The notes below the pieces were generated by a model, which did not search any database, was not told where the DNA came from, and worked only from the letters and a program-made list of their open reading frames with translations. A stretch of DNA of 64,000 bases from a virus: the IMG/VR virus record IMGVR_UViG_3300030419_007002, positions 1-64,000 of that record. One strand, 5' to 3'. The position numbers were made by a program, and so were the translations under genes. Below are positions 47,518-57,356 of the stretch, one piece after another. Numbering within the stretch: position 1 is the stretch's first letter; each line of letters starts with the position of its first letter.

Positions 47518-47881
47518 GACGGATCATAATAAATGTAAAATGATTGTATCCAAGCTCGTCTCTCAGACGAGATGGGATGGCTCTAAAAATCCCATTAGTT
47601 GGCCTAAAGAAATCAAAATAGCCAAACAGTTAATTAAAAAGTTTCCACAAGAAAAGTTTTGGAAAACTTTATTTATAGAAGAAAAACCCACTTCCTTGTC
47701 TTGGTTTTTGACCACGGAAGGTAACATAATTTTATGTCAGCACAACCTGAAAACAAACAAAAAAGAAACCACGGGGCTAGCTAAAATAGCTGAAGTAAAA
47801 ATGAACTCCACCAAGCTAGGTGAAGACAAAAACGTGTCGCTACCCCCGACAAACATTATGGAATTCATGAAGGATGACTAA
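47507..47881 (+). CDS. hypothetical protein
   Basis: ORF overlapping both neighbours. Confidence 0.65.
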   Translation: MANKTDHNKCKMIVSKLVSQTRWDGSKNPISWPKEIKIAKQLIKKFPQEKFWKTLFIEEKPTSLSWFLTTEGNIILCQHNLKTNKKETTGLAKIAEVKMNSTKLGEDKNVSLPPTNIMEFMKDD

Positions 47882-48962
47882 GAAAAAAACAGATAACGTT
47901 TCTCCCCTCCAACAGATACAAGCTTACTTGGAGCAAAACAAAGGAGATCATTACAACTTTGAAGAAGAGAGGGTATATACCGTCTCTAGCGGCAGCTTAT
48001 TATTAGATATAGAAATGGGTGGTGGAATAAAACCCGGAGTAGTAAGAGCCTCTGGAGTTACAGAGGGAGGCAAAACCTCTTGCGGCTTAGCTTTCGCCAA
48101 GAATTTCCAGAAGATGGATAACAGTATGGTTATCTATATCAAAGCAGAGGGTAGACTATCCGTAGACATGATAGAAAGAATGGGAATTGACACTAGCGAA
48201 GAAAAGTGGTTTGTTTTTAAATGTAATGTTTATGAAACTGTAATAGATTTTATGAGGCAGATGGTGAAAGATAACCCATCAGATACTCGTTATATGTTCA
48301 TCATAGACTCTATGGATGCTTTAGTCCCCAAGGGGGATCTCGAAAAAGGCGCAGACGAAGCACTCAAGGTCGGCGGCGGAGCTTTACTAAGCTCAGACTT
48401 CTTGCGCCGCATGGCGCTGGGGCTAGCGACAAGAGGTCATATATGCTACATGATTTCTCAAGTACGCAGCACAATAAAGATTAACCCATACGAAAAATCT
48501 GACCCGCAAGTCACAAACGCTTCGGGCGGAAATGCCGCGCTCCATTATAGCGATTGGATTTTAGAATTTCAGCCCAGATATTTAAAAGACCTGATCACCA
48601 CTCAGCCGAACGGCAAAGGTGATCATCTTGGACACTGGTGCAAGGTGGTTTTTAGAAAGACTCCTAACGAAAAAACTGGCGTGTCTGTTCGTTACCCTAT
48701 CCGTTACGGCAGAAAGCACGGCAAGAGCATCTGGGTTGAAAAAGAGGTTGTCGACATGATGCTTATGTGGGGAATGGCCACAGCAAAAGGTGCTTGGGTT
48801 ACAATTTCAGACGAAATAATAGAAGAAGTAAATAAAGAAACAGGGGTCGAGATTAAAAAGCAGCATCAAGGCATGGACAACTTTAGTAAATACTTCGAAG
48901 AAAACAAAGAAATAGGAAAATATTTATTTTATAAATTTAGAGAAACGCTAAAAAAATCTTAA
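47874..48962 (+). CDS. recA: RecA/UvsX-like recombinase
   Basis: SSGSLLLD..GGG, G..EGGKT, IIDS, ISQVR, SGGNA..HYS. Confidence 0.85.
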   Translation: MTKKKTDNVSPLQQIQAYLEQNKGDHYNFEEERVYTVSSGSLLLDIEMGGGIKPGVVRASGVTEGGKTSCGLAFAKNFQKMDNSMVIYIKAEGRLSVDMIERMGIDTSEEKWFVFKCNVYETVIDFMRQMVKDNPSDTRYMFIIDSMDALVPKGDLEKGADEALKVGGGALLSSDFLRRMALGLATRGHICYMISQVRSTIKINPYEKSDPQVTNASGGNAALHYSDWILEFQPRYLKDLITTQPNGKGDHLGHWCKVVFRKTPNEKTGVSVRYPIRYGRKHGKSIWVEKEVVDMMLMWGMATAKGAWVTISDEIIEEVNKETGVEIKKQHQGMDNFSKYFEENKEIGKYLFYKFRETLKKS

Positions 48963-48972
48963 GAAGAATTTT

Positions 48973-49049
48973 GCTCTCGTAGCTCAATTGGATAGAGCAT
49001 CTGTCTTCTAAACAGAGGGTTCTGGGTTCAAGTCCCAGCGAGAGTACCA
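48973..49049 (+). tRNA. tRNA-Arg(UCU) with encoded CCA
   Basis: Acceptor GCTCTCG/CGAGAGT-ACCA, D arm, anticodon stem TCTGT-CTTCTAA-ACAGA, GGTTCAAGTCC T arm. Confidence 0.95.
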
Positions 49050-50173
49050 TGAATAAAAGCGATACAAAAAAACTTAAAAATTTTTATGAATCCTTAAAGA
49101 GGGAGAAAGAGAGCTTCATAGGCTACCCAGTAAACACCTCCTTTGATTATTCCGAGCTCTTCGAGTTCCTGTCTATCCCGCTTAATAATGTGGGCGACCC
49201 ATTCTCTTCGAGTTATTACGGCCTAGACTCGAGAGAATTTGAAAGGGAGGTTTTGAATTGGTTTGCAAAACTACATAACGCTCCCCTTGATAATTATTGG
49301 GGATACGTAACCAATGGCGGAACAGAAGGAAACCTTTATGGGCTTTACCTAGCTAGAGAGTTGTACCCCAAAGGGGTTGTGTATTATTCCCAAGATACTC
49401 ACTATAGCGTAAGTAAAAACATTCGAGTATTAAATATGGAAAATGTGATGATTAAGTCCCGTCGCAATGGGGAGATGGATTATCAAGACTTTAAAGACAT
49501 GCTCTCTAGCTGGAGATCTGCACCGCCCATAATATTCGCTAACGTAGGGACGACGATGAGAGAAGCCTTTGATAGTGTATCTGAAATTAAAAAAGTCTTG
49601 AAAGAGTTAGCGATACCAGAATATTATATTCACGTAGACGCAGCGTTAGGTGGCATGACTCTTCCGTTTATTGAAGGCTCTCCCAAATTTGATTTTACAA
49701 CAGGTGTTCAAAGCATGTCTATAAGTGGACATAAGTTTATAGGTTCCCCCATGCCCTGCGGCGTAGTACTAGCCCTTAAGAGCAACGTGGGCAGGGTATC
49801 CAGAGCCGTAGAGTATGTGGGTTCACTAGATAGCACCATTAGCGGGTCAAGAAATGGATTCACTCCGATACTCCTGTGGTACGCAATTAAAAGGTATGGA
49901 TTTAATGGGTTCAAAAAAGTCGTAAGGCAATGCGTGAGAACCGCAGAGAAAGCCGTAAGGAAATTTAACGAAGCAGGTATAAAGGCTTGGAAAAATGATC
50001 ACTCTATAACAGTTATTTTCCCTAGGCCAAGCTATAAAATAAGCAAGAAATGGAAGCTTGCCGTTCAAGATGACATCGCCCACATAATTTGTATGCCTCA
50101 GGTTGATGATAAAACCATAGACTCGATAATAAAGGATATCCTAGAAGATGAGCCAAAGAAAATATTTGGATGA
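49049..50173 (+). CDS. PLP-dependent histidine/serine decarboxylase family
   Basis: GYP, NNVGDPF, WGYVTNGGTEGN, THYS, HVDAA, SGHKFIGSPMPCG, GSRNG. Confidence 0.88.
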   Translation: MNKSDTKKLKNFYESLKREKESFIGYPVNTSFDYSELFEFLSIPLNNVGDPFSSSYYGLDSREFEREVLNWFAKLHNAPLDNYWGYVTNGGTEGNLYGLYLARELYPKGVVYYSQDTHYSVSKNIRVLNMENVMIKSRRNGEMDYQDFKDMLSSWRSAPPIIFANVGTTMREAFDSVSEIKKVLKELAIPEYYIHVDAALGGMTLPFIEGSPKFDFTTGVQSMSISGHKFIGSPMPCGVVLALKSNVGRVSRAVEYVGSLDSTISGSRNGFTPILLWYAIKRYGFNGFKKVVRQCVRTAEKAVRKFNEAGIKAWKNDHSITVIFPRPSYKISKKWKLAVQDDIAHIICMPQVDDKTIDSIIKDILEDEPKKIFG

Positions 50174-50615
50174 CCCCAATTTCCACCGTATAATTAATAG
50201 CCTCATGAATATAAAATTAACAACTGTAGCGGTGAGCGGATACTTTGACCCTCTCCACGTGGGGCATATAGAGATGCTAGAAAAAGCGAAATCCCTAGGG
50301 GATAAGCTAATTGTTATAGTTAATAATGACGCCCAAGCTAAACTTAAAAAAGGCAAGTCATTCATGAGCCAAGAGGATAGGCTAAAAATCATAAGGTCGC
50401 TGAAATGCGTAAATGAAGCGTTCATTTCAATAGATGAAGACTCATCTGTATGCAAGTCGCTAGCCGCCTGTAAGCCAGATATTTTTGCCAACGGTGGAGA
50501 CAGAATAGAGGAGGAAATCCCCGAATCGCTTATCTGTAGGGAGCTCGGAATAGAAATGGTAGACGGACTTGGCGATAAAATAAGATCATCATCAGACTAT
50601 ACAGGACTTAAATGA
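50148..50615 (+). CDS. cytidylyltransferase family (HldC/TagD-like)
   Basis: SGYFDPLHVGH, ANGGDR, SSS. Confidence 0.85.
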   Translation: MSQRKYLDDPNFHRIINSLMNIKLTTVAVSGYFDPLHVGHIEMLEKAKSLGDKLIVIVNNDAQAKLKKGKSFMSQEDRLKIIRSLKCVNEAFISIDEDSSVCKSLAACKPDIFANGGDRIEEEIPESLICRELGIEMVDGLGDKIRSSSDYTGLK

Positions 50616-51382
50616 AATTTTTAGTAATAGGAGATAGCTGTACAGACAAATTTATCTACGGCAAATGCGAAAGGATATGCCCCGAAGCACCCGTGCCAGT
50701 CTTTAATCCGATAAAGGAAACCACCAATGGGGGCATGGCAGCTAACGTGAAAGCAAACGTTGAGTCTTTGGGCGTAGAATGTGATTTAATAACTCACGAA
50801 AATCAGATAGTTAAAACTAGATATGTAGATATTAAAACTAATCAAATGCTTCTGCGGGTCGATGAAAACGATGAGGCCATGGGAAAATTCAACCACGGAG
50901 AAGTAGATTGGAAAAAATATGATGCAGTTATTATTTCTAATTACGGAAAAGGTTTTCTCAACGGAATGAGTGATGTTAGAAAAATATGTTTAGAGCATGA
51001 TAATGTGTTTTTAGATAGTAATAAATGTAAGATAGATACAGATTTACCTTTAAATTTAAGATTCTTAAAAATAAATGAGTATGAACTAGAAATTAATCCT
51101 CACCTCAAGAGTCATCTAGAGCCAGACGTTGGATTTATGACAAATTATACTAGGCCAGATCAAATTATAATTACTCTGGGCCATAAGGGGTGCAGTTATA
51201 TGGGTAAGACTTACCCGCCGCCCAAGCGCGTTGTCGCTCAAGATTTATCTGGCGCAGGAGACACTTTTTTAGCAGCATTAGCCGTCTCCATAATGAAGGT
51301 CAACGAAGTAGAAATGGCTATAGAATTTGCAAACGAATGCGCTTCGAAAGTAGTTGAGAAAAGGGGAGTAAAAACAGTATGA
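50612..51382 (+). CDS. PfkB sugar kinase (HldA/RfaE domain I-like)
   Basis: IGD...D..YG...RICPEAPVPV, GMAANV, KTR, GAGDTF. Confidence 0.85.
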   Translation: MKFLVIGDSCTDKFIYGKCERICPEAPVPVFNPIKETTNGGMAANVKANVESLGVECDLITHENQIVKTRYVDIKTNQMLLRVDENDEAMGKFNHGEVDWKKYDAVIISNYGKGFLNGMSDVRKICLEHDNVFLDSNKCKIDTDLPLNLRFLKINEYELEINPHLKSHLEPDVGFMTNYTRPDQIIITLGHKGCSYMGKTYPPPKRVVAQDLSGAGDTFLAALAVSIMKVNEVEMAIEFANECASKVVEKRGVKTV

Positions 51383-52314
51383 TTTATTTAGATGATTTAA
51401 CAGTTAAAGAATTGCTTGATAACAAGTGGCTTGAAATTGCTGAAGCCGTTGAGGAAGCATTTGTTGACCCAACGGCAGACATGGTTCCTAAAGTTTACCT
51501 TGAAGCAGGTAACGCTGGGGATTATAGGGCCATGCCAGCAGCATTAGGTGGCTACGCCGCTTTAAAATGGATTGGTGTGTTCCCTGACAATAAAAAACAC
51601 AGCCTTCCGACCACCATTGGTTCACTTATTCTTAACGATAGATACACGGGTCAGCCATTAATAGCAATGGACTGTACGACACTGACTGCGTATAGAACCG
51701 CCGCCACTTCCGCGATTGCTGCAAAATATTGCGCTCCAGACGCGGAAGAGTTTGCAATTATTGGTTGCGGGATACAGGGGAGGTACCATATCGAAGCCTA
51801 CGAAGCCATTTGTCAAGGCCACATGAAGTTAAGCATAGAGCTTTACGATACCAACGAAAGCCCCATGTTGCAAATGTTTAATTGGCTTGGTAGAGAAAAC
51901 CTTTGTCATGCTTGGGGCAGAAATAAGTCAGTAAAAGAAGCCGTTAAATACGCAGACGTTATCACGACACTCACGCCCTCGACTGAGGGCTATCTAAATA
52001 TACTTGATCTTAAAAGTAATTGTCATGTAAATGCAGTTGGCGCAGACGCCGTGGGTAAGCGTGAATTAATGACTAATGTAATTGACGGAGCCGCGAATAT
52101 CATTTGCGATGACCCAACGCAAGCTCTGCACTCTGGAGAATTACAATACAATGAGTGGCCTCATTTAGATGTTAGCTCCATGAATCATCTCATCAGGAAT
52201 CATAAAACCATGCAGTTAGACAGGGGCGTGTCAATATTTGACTCGACAGGGGTGGCGATAGAAGATATAGCTATCGCAGAATTAATCTATAGGCTTCACA
52301 ATGGACAAAAATAA
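51379..52314 (+). CDS. ornithine cyclodeaminase / mu-crystallin family
   Basis: AMPA, LKW..V.P.N, LTAYRTAA.S, GCG.QG, NAVGAD, FDSTG.AIED. Confidence 0.9.
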   Translation: MIYLDDLTVKELLDNKWLEIAEAVEEAFVDPTADMVPKVYLEAGNAGDYRAMPAALGGYAALKWIGVFPDNKKHSLPTTIGSLILNDRYTGQPLIAMDCTTLTAYRTAATSAIAAKYCAPDAEEFAIIGCGIQGRYHIEAYEAICQGHMKLSIELYDTNESPMLQMFNWLGRENLCHAWGRNKSVKEAVKYADVITTLTPSTEGYLNILDLKSNCHVNAVGADAVGKRELMTNVIDGAANIICDDPTQALHSGELQYNEWPHLDVSSMNHLIRNHKTMQLDRGVSIFDSTGVAIEDIAIAELIYRLHNGQK

Positions 52315-52412
52315 TTTACTAAAATGGAAAATTCGCCGTTTAGAAGCTAAAATAAGTAAGCTAGAAGAAGAAAAAAGAACCTTGAAAAAGCGTCATAAAC
52401 ATCAAAGAAGTC

Positions 52413-52820
52413 GTGATAGAAAGGTATATATTCAATGCCGATGCTGAAGAATTATTTTATAATAAATTAAATAATTTACATGATAAGTATGTTTATCATC
52501 TTATATTAAGCGGAGTAGCAGATAAAGGCACGGATATTGAGTCTATAAAAATGACCAAAAATCCGCTTGCAAACAAAAAATATTGCGAAAAAATAGTGGG
52601 CGGGTTGGTAAATATCAAACCACAAATAATATCGAGCCTAAAAGAAGATGGAAAAGCCAAACTAGAGTGTATTTTTACAAAGATAGAAGACAATAAATAC
52701 TTAAACCATATCTACATGATACAGAATGTTATGGATTGGCCACAGCTAGACAAGTTCAGCTGCCAAATATGGTATCTCGGAGAGACTGGGCTTGAGGACA
52801 TTAAAAAAATTTGGGATTAA
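52413..52820 (+). CDS. hypothetical protein
   Basis: ORF. Confidence 0.65.
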   Translation: MIERYIFNADAEELFYNKLNNLHDKYVYHLILSGVADKGTDIESIKMTKNPLANKKYCEKIVGGLVNIKPQIISSLKEDGKAKLECIFTKIEDNKYLNHIYMIQNVMDWPQLDKFSCQIWYLGETGLEDIKKIWD

Positions 52821-52825
52821 TTTAA

Positions 52826-53311
52826 ATGAATACTTTTACTAAATGGTTTCTGATTAATGCGGTCATGGGAACTGCCGTTTTTTTTGCAGAACAAAAGGGC
52901 GCGGTATCTACCGTAATTAAAAATGACTTATCATATATTTCTATTTTGATAATGGCACTATACGTTGGAGTTTCTATTTACGTAGGGAGATTATGTTACT
53001 TAGCTGACAAAATAAATAAGAAAAGAGAAGACGACGCCAGAGAATATTTACTAAAACGATCAGACTTGGGGTGGTTCTCTGCGGAACATTTTTTCTCATT
53101 AGGGCTATTGGGTACGATCATAGGACTAATCTTCGCAACGAGAGGAAGTCTCGATTCATCACTACCAGTAGCAGATATAGTTGCGGGATTAAAAGAAGGG
53201 CTCAACACAGCCTTTTACACAACCGTGTGCGGAATTGTATTTAGCTTACCGCTACAGGTACAATTGGTAATTTTAAAATTTAAGCTAGAAACTCATGGCC
53301 ATAAAACCTAA
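52826..53311 (+). CDS. MotA/TolQ/ExbB proton-channel family protein
   Basis: LGLLGTIIGL...GLNTAFYTT.CG...SLP, four TM segments. Confidence 0.8.
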   Translation: MNTFTKWFLINAVMGTAVFFAEQKGAVSTVIKNDLSYISILIMALYVGVSIYVGRLCYLADKINKKREDDAREYLLKRSDLGWFSAEHFFSLGLLGTIIGLIFATRGSLDSSLPVADIVAGLKEGLNTAFYTTVCGIVFSLPLQVQLVILKFKLETHGHKT

Positions 53312-53456
53312 CAGAAGCGAAAGGCTCATCATAGTCATTGTGGCTTCAGCTGCGATTGGCTTTACGCTAGGGGTTCTGTCCATGGAGCAAAAGGTAAAAG
53401 AAAAAGACGAACAAGTAGAAGAACTACTTGGCGCAGTAGAGGATTTATTAAAATAA
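53295..53456 (+). CDS. small single-TM protein (53 aa)
   Basis: MAIKPNRSERLIIVIVASAAIGFTLGVLSMEQKVKEKDEQVEELLGAVEDLLK; TAATG coupling to the next gene. Confidence 0.6.
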   Translation: MAIKPNRSERLIIVIVASAAIGFTLGVLSMEQKVKEKDEQVEELLGAVEDLLK

Positions 53457-54049
53457 TGAGAAAATTTTTTTCATTCAGGCCATTCATTGACGTTTTGTTC
53501 TGCTGCCTTCTTATGTTGGTGGCGATCTTATTTCTGCTAAAGACAGAGGAAGAGAAAACTAAGTCTCGCCCTCCTAATGTGATTTATGAAATAGTACTGA
53601 CTTGGGATGGAGACAGTGAAGATGATCTAGACATCTATGTGCAAGCTGCATCGGGGCACAAGGTATACTTCAACAATAGGGAGGGCGGAGAAGGCAGTCT
53701 TATAAGCTTAGACCATGACGCGTTAGGCAAGCGAAGAAATAATAGCCTATCCCAAGGGCAAGAAGGGACTGTTGTAAAATTCAACGAAGAGATAGTCTCG
53801 TTTAGAGGGGTAACCGAAGGAGAAAACATAGTCACCGTTCACGTATATTCGAAAAGAGATGAAGAACCAACAGTAGCCACAATTAAATTAATAAAAATTA
53901 AACCATTCAGAGAAGTCATCACCAAGCAAAGACAATTCTCCACCACGGGGCAAGAAAAAATAGCCTTCAGGTTTAAAACAGACAAGGACGGAAACATCTT
54001 AGACGTAAATGAGTTACCAGCTAATTTAGTAAATCAATTAGGAGAATAA
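53456..54049 (+). CDS. ExbD/TolR-like TM anchor with a novel soluble domain
   Basis: RPFIDVLFCCLLMLVAILF (Asp in TM); LTWD..S.DDLDIYV, LDHD..G, NEE. Confidence 0.6.
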   Translation: MRKFFSFRPFIDVLFCCLLMLVAILFLLKTEEEKTKSRPPNVIYEIVLTWDGDSEDDLDIYVQAASGHKVYFNNREGGEGSLISLDHDALGKRRNNSLSQGQEGTVVKFNEEIVSFRGVTEGENIVTVHVYSKRDEEPTVATIKLIKIKPFREVITKQRQFSTTGQEKIAFRFKTDKDGNILDVNELPANLVNQLGE

Positions 54050-54051
54050 TC

Positions 54052-55050
54052 ATGAAACCATTAGTAGCAGTAGTAGACTGGAAGCAATCACCAAGAGGTG
54101 ATGAAAGTTGCTATATAGAAAAAGAGGCTATTGGTAATAGGGCGCGAGTTAAATATTTTAAATGCGATACGGATAAAGACTGGAAAGGGGAAGTATTAAA
54201 ATCGGACTATATCCTCTTATGGCACAATACAAGTATGCCCGATACAGTAATAAACAAGCTGGAAGACTGCAAAGCAATAATTAGAATTGGCACCGGATAT
54301 GATTCAGTCGATTATATTGCGGCCGCAACCAGAGACATCCCAGTTTGTAACGTTCCAGACTACGGAACAGATGAAGTTGCAGATCACTCCATAGCCTTAG
54401 CGCTTGCCCTTTGTCGCCAAATTATACCCATTGACCAAGAATGTAAAAACCTTGGTTGGGACATACCAAACAAAAATAAGATTCAAAGATTTGGAGAAAT
54501 GATGTTCGGGGTTATAGGGCTAGGCAGAATTGGAACATCTGTCGCCCTAAAGGCTAAAGCTCTCGGATTTGAAGTTCATTTTTATGACCCCTACCTTTCT
54601 AATGGCGTCGATAAATCCCTAGGTATAGCTAGAAGTAAAAATCTCGATAATTTTTTAGGCATGATGGATATAGTGTCCATTAATTGCCCGCTAACCGAAG
54701 AAACTCATCATATGATTACGAAGAGGGAGCTTAAAATAATGAGAAAAAATGCTTTCATTGTTAATACAGCGCGTGGATCCATTATAAAAAAGAAAGATTT
54801 ATTCTCCTCCCTCAGAAAAAATGATATAGGTGGCGCAGCCCTTGATGTAATAGAAGACGAGCCATTGAAGACAAAAAAAGAAGCCGAAACCCCCAACCTA
54901 ATTGTAACGTGTCATTCTGGATTTTACAGTATCCAAGCTGCATGGGAAATGAGACATAAGGCAGCATCAATCGCACGAGATATGATCTTAGGAGAAGATA
55001 TAGAGAATTGTATTAACTGTAATTTTTTACCAAGGAATTTTATAAAATGA
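54052..55050 (+). CDS. D-2-hydroxyacid dehydrogenase (CtBP-like)
   Basis: GTGYDSVD, NVPDYG..EVADH, GLGRIG, VNTARG, LDV...EP, H.GFYS. Confidence 0.9.
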   Translation: MKPLVAVVDWKQSPRGDESCYIEKEAIGNRARVKYFKCDTDKDWKGEVLKSDYILLWHNTSMPDTVINKLEDCKAIIRIGTGYDSVDYIAAATRDIPVCNVPDYGTDEVADHSIALALALCRQIIPIDQECKNLGWDIPNKNKIQRFGEMMFGVIGLGRIGTSVALKAKALGFEVHFYDPYLSNGVDKSLGIARSKNLDNFLGMMDIVSINCPLTEETHHMITKRELKIMRKNAFIVNTARGSIIKKKDLFSSLRKNDIGGAALDVIEDEPLKTKKEAETPNLIVTCHSGFYSIQAAWEMRHKAASIARDMILGEDIENCINCNFLPRNFIK

Positions 55051-55559
55051 TTTATTTATTATACGGACAACCGGGATCAGGCAAAACAACTCTGGGAAGT
55101 ATGTTGGCCAGAGAAATAGACACCCCATTTTTTATAGATGGAGATGAATTTCGTAAAATGTTTTCACGCCAGAACCTCGGGTACGGAAAGGCGGGCAGAA
55201 CCAAGAACATAAGGAATGTCAATGCGGTAGCAACCTTTTTAAATAAGAAAGGTAAAAGTGAAGACTGGATGTGCATTTATGTTCGTGACAAAAACAACCC
55301 CAACAGTATAGAGGGGATAAGCGTTAACAACGAAACTGATGTAGTTCTAAGTTTTGTTAACCCTTATGCAGAGCTAAGAGAAGAACTGAGGGTAGACAAT
55401 AAAGGGCAAGTGGTAGAGATTTTATTAAAGTCAGACAGAGATCTAAGGAAAGAATATCATGTTGAAGACTTCGAAGAAGGCAACCCAGATCACAGCATAT
55501 CCACAGACAAAGATGTTACAGAAGGTTGGGCTGAATTAAAAAATTTATTAAAATTATGA
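55047..55559 (+). CDS. adenylylsulfate (APS) kinase-like
   Basis: GQPGSGKTT, IDGDEFR, GY...GR..NI, V.PY...R. Confidence 0.75.
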   Translation: MIYLLYGQPGSGKTTLGSMLAREIDTPFFIDGDEFRKMFSRQNLGYGKAGRTKNIRNVNAVATFLNKKGKSEDWMCIYVRDKNNPNSIEGISVNNETDVVLSFVNPYAELREELRVDNKGQVVEILLKSDRDLRKEYHVEDFEEGNPDHSISTDKDVTEGWAELKNLLKL

Positions 55560-55771
55560 AATTAATATTACTACTAGCAGCTTTTTATTTAGTTGGATGT
55601 TGCTGCCCAACATGTGAGCCAACTATATATTACAGCCCTAGCGGTAAACCATTCCCTACTAGTTGGGGTAGTCCTCCAGAGATACAGACTAAAGACTATC
55701 GACCCCTGCAAGAAGGTTATGGGCATGGCAGCAGCACCTTATATCATTGGATAGAGGAGAATCAAAAATGA
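55556..55771 (+). CDS. small lipoprotein
   Basis: Lipobox LVGC; FP..WG.PP.IQTKD...L..GYG.GSST. Confidence 0.65.
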   Translation: MKLILLLAAFYLVGCCCPTCEPTIYYSPSGKPFPTSWGSPPEIQTKDYRPLQEGYGHGSSTLYHWIEENQK

Positions 55772-56223
55772 AAATATTACTATTCCTATTACTTACTAGT
55801 CTCTCTACCTACTCTCAAGTAGCTAGACCAACGTACAACCCATTCAATAATGGAGGCATTCCATTTTACGGTCAAAATCAAATGAGGCCGCAAAATAATT
55901 ACTACAATAACAATAACTTGTACAACAGACCGCAGTTTCCAAATAATACAAACCATCCTTTGAATTTTCATCGACCAAATAATTTTGGGTTTCAGAATAA
56001 TTTTCAAAGACCCCAGCAGTTCTTCCCGCAGAGTCAGCCGCAGCAAAATTGGCAGCAACCCCAAGTACAACCACAACAGCCTCAACCGCAGCAACCCGCT
56101 CCCCCACCAATGTTTACTAGAAAGTTCCATCTTAATAATGGATATTTATTCGGTAGGCCTACGCTATGGTACGACTCCAAATCTAACAAGATGCAGCCTT
56201 GGGTTAGGAAAAACCTAAGATAG
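55768..56223 (+). CDS. secreted N/Q/P-rich low-complexity protein
   Basis: Signal peptide MKILLFLLL; NNYYNNNN, QPQ repeats. Confidence 0.7.
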   Translation: MKILLFLLLTSLSTYSQVARPTYNPFNNGGIPFYGQNQMRPQNNYYNNNNLYNRPQFPNNTNHPLNFHRPNNFGFQNNFQRPQQFFPQSQPQQNWQQPQVQPQQPQPQQPAPPPMFTRKFHLNNGYLFGRPTLWYDSKSNKMQPWVRKNLR

Positions 56224-56232
56224 CTAAGCGTA

Positions 56233-56499
56233 ATGAAAGCTAAATTTCCAGAAGGTTACGGGGAGTACAAAGAGTATGATTTTGATAACAGGATCAGCTA
56301 CGAAGAAGACTCTGATTCAATGTATATCTACGTCGCTCCGCCCCAAGGGCAAGTGGGGGCAGTAATGGTTTACAATGAAGATGGGTGTATGGTATCAATA
56401 GATACGGACGAAGTGAATACTCAAGTAGGTATTGAAATAATTGGCGTGTCTAAATTAATGGATAAATTTAATCTAAAGAATATAATAAAGAAGAACTAA
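56233..56499 (+). CDS. DUF2283-like protein
   Basis: YEEDSDSMYI...D.D....VGIEII. Confidence 0.6.
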   Translation: MKAKFPEGYGEYKEYDFDNRISYEEDSDSMYIYVAPPQGQVGAVMVYNEDGCMVSIDTDEVNTQVGIEIIGVSKLMDKFNLKNIIKKN

Positions 56500-56812
56500 A
56501 ATGGAAAATAAACACAGAGAGCCTTGGGAAATCATAGGCATCATAACCTCAGGATATTTAGGAGTATTATTAGTGCATTGTGTACTTACGGCTATGGAGT
56601 ATGGAATGTTAATTGTAAATTATAAAAAAGAATTTAATTTGGGAGACTGCTTTCACGTGCCCTTATTAGTATAATGCTTAAAAAAATTATATTAATATTT
56701 TTTGCAGTTTTAACTATTCTTTTTGTTATACAGGCATTACCTGTTATACTTGCTATCGTTTATTTAGGGGGTTGGATGATATGGTGCGTTCTAACAGGGG
56801 ATTCTTTTTGGG

Positions 56813-57133
56813 GTGAGTATGGCCCGTTTTGGTAAAATGGAAAGTCGAAAAAAATTTATAAAATGCAGTTGTCACGGCGAAGGTATGCTACTTGCCAAGT
56901 TTGACGGCGAAGAAGAAATCTATGTTAGCTTTTGGCGAGAGGGCATAAACCCCGTCAAATTAACTTGGTGGATGAGACTGAAGCTGTGTTACTTGGCTTT
57001 ATTTAAGGGCAATTATTATGACGACCAGTTAGTTTTAAGTAAAGAAGAAGCAAGACAGCTTTGTACGTGGATTCAGGATGAATACGACATGGACGCGGTG
57101 GAAAGAGAGATGGAAAAAGATGTGGAACAATAG
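56813..57133 (+). CDS. hypothetical protein
   Basis: C.CH.E; RLK....LFKG. Confidence 0.6.
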   Translation: MSMARFGKMESRKKFIKCSCHGEGMLLAKFDGEEEIYVSFWREGINPVKLTWWMRLKLCYLALFKGNYYDDQLVLSKEEARQLCTWIQDEYDMDAVEREMEKDVEQ

Positions 57134-57356
57134 AATCATAAAGCACGAAAAGGATGGAGTCACTTGGCATAGTGTCCATGAAGTCTTTTACAATGAAGAC
57201 GGTAGCATTTATGGTCACACCGAAGACCCAATTACTATCGTTGGAGAAACCGAAGAAGAAGCGGTAGAACAAGCGGAACAAATATTGAGAGATATTAAAG
57301 ATACGCCAGTTCTTGTGGCGTCTGAAATAGAATTTAAAGACCATGAAGAAATATAA
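57078..57356 (+). CDS. conserved-looking phage hypothetical protein
   Basis: Likely start MWNNRII; HEVFYNEDG. Confidence 0.65.
   Translation: MNTTWTRWKERWKKMWNNRIIKHEKDGVTWHSVHEVFYNEDGSIYGHTEDPITIVGETEEEAVEQAEQILRDIKDTPVLVASEIEFKDHEEI

Noticed and set aside
52826-54049. Zorya (ZorA/ZorB) defence system
   Set aside because: The A subunit lacks the long ZorA tail, the B subunit lacks an OmpA-like domain, and no ZorC/D/E is nearby
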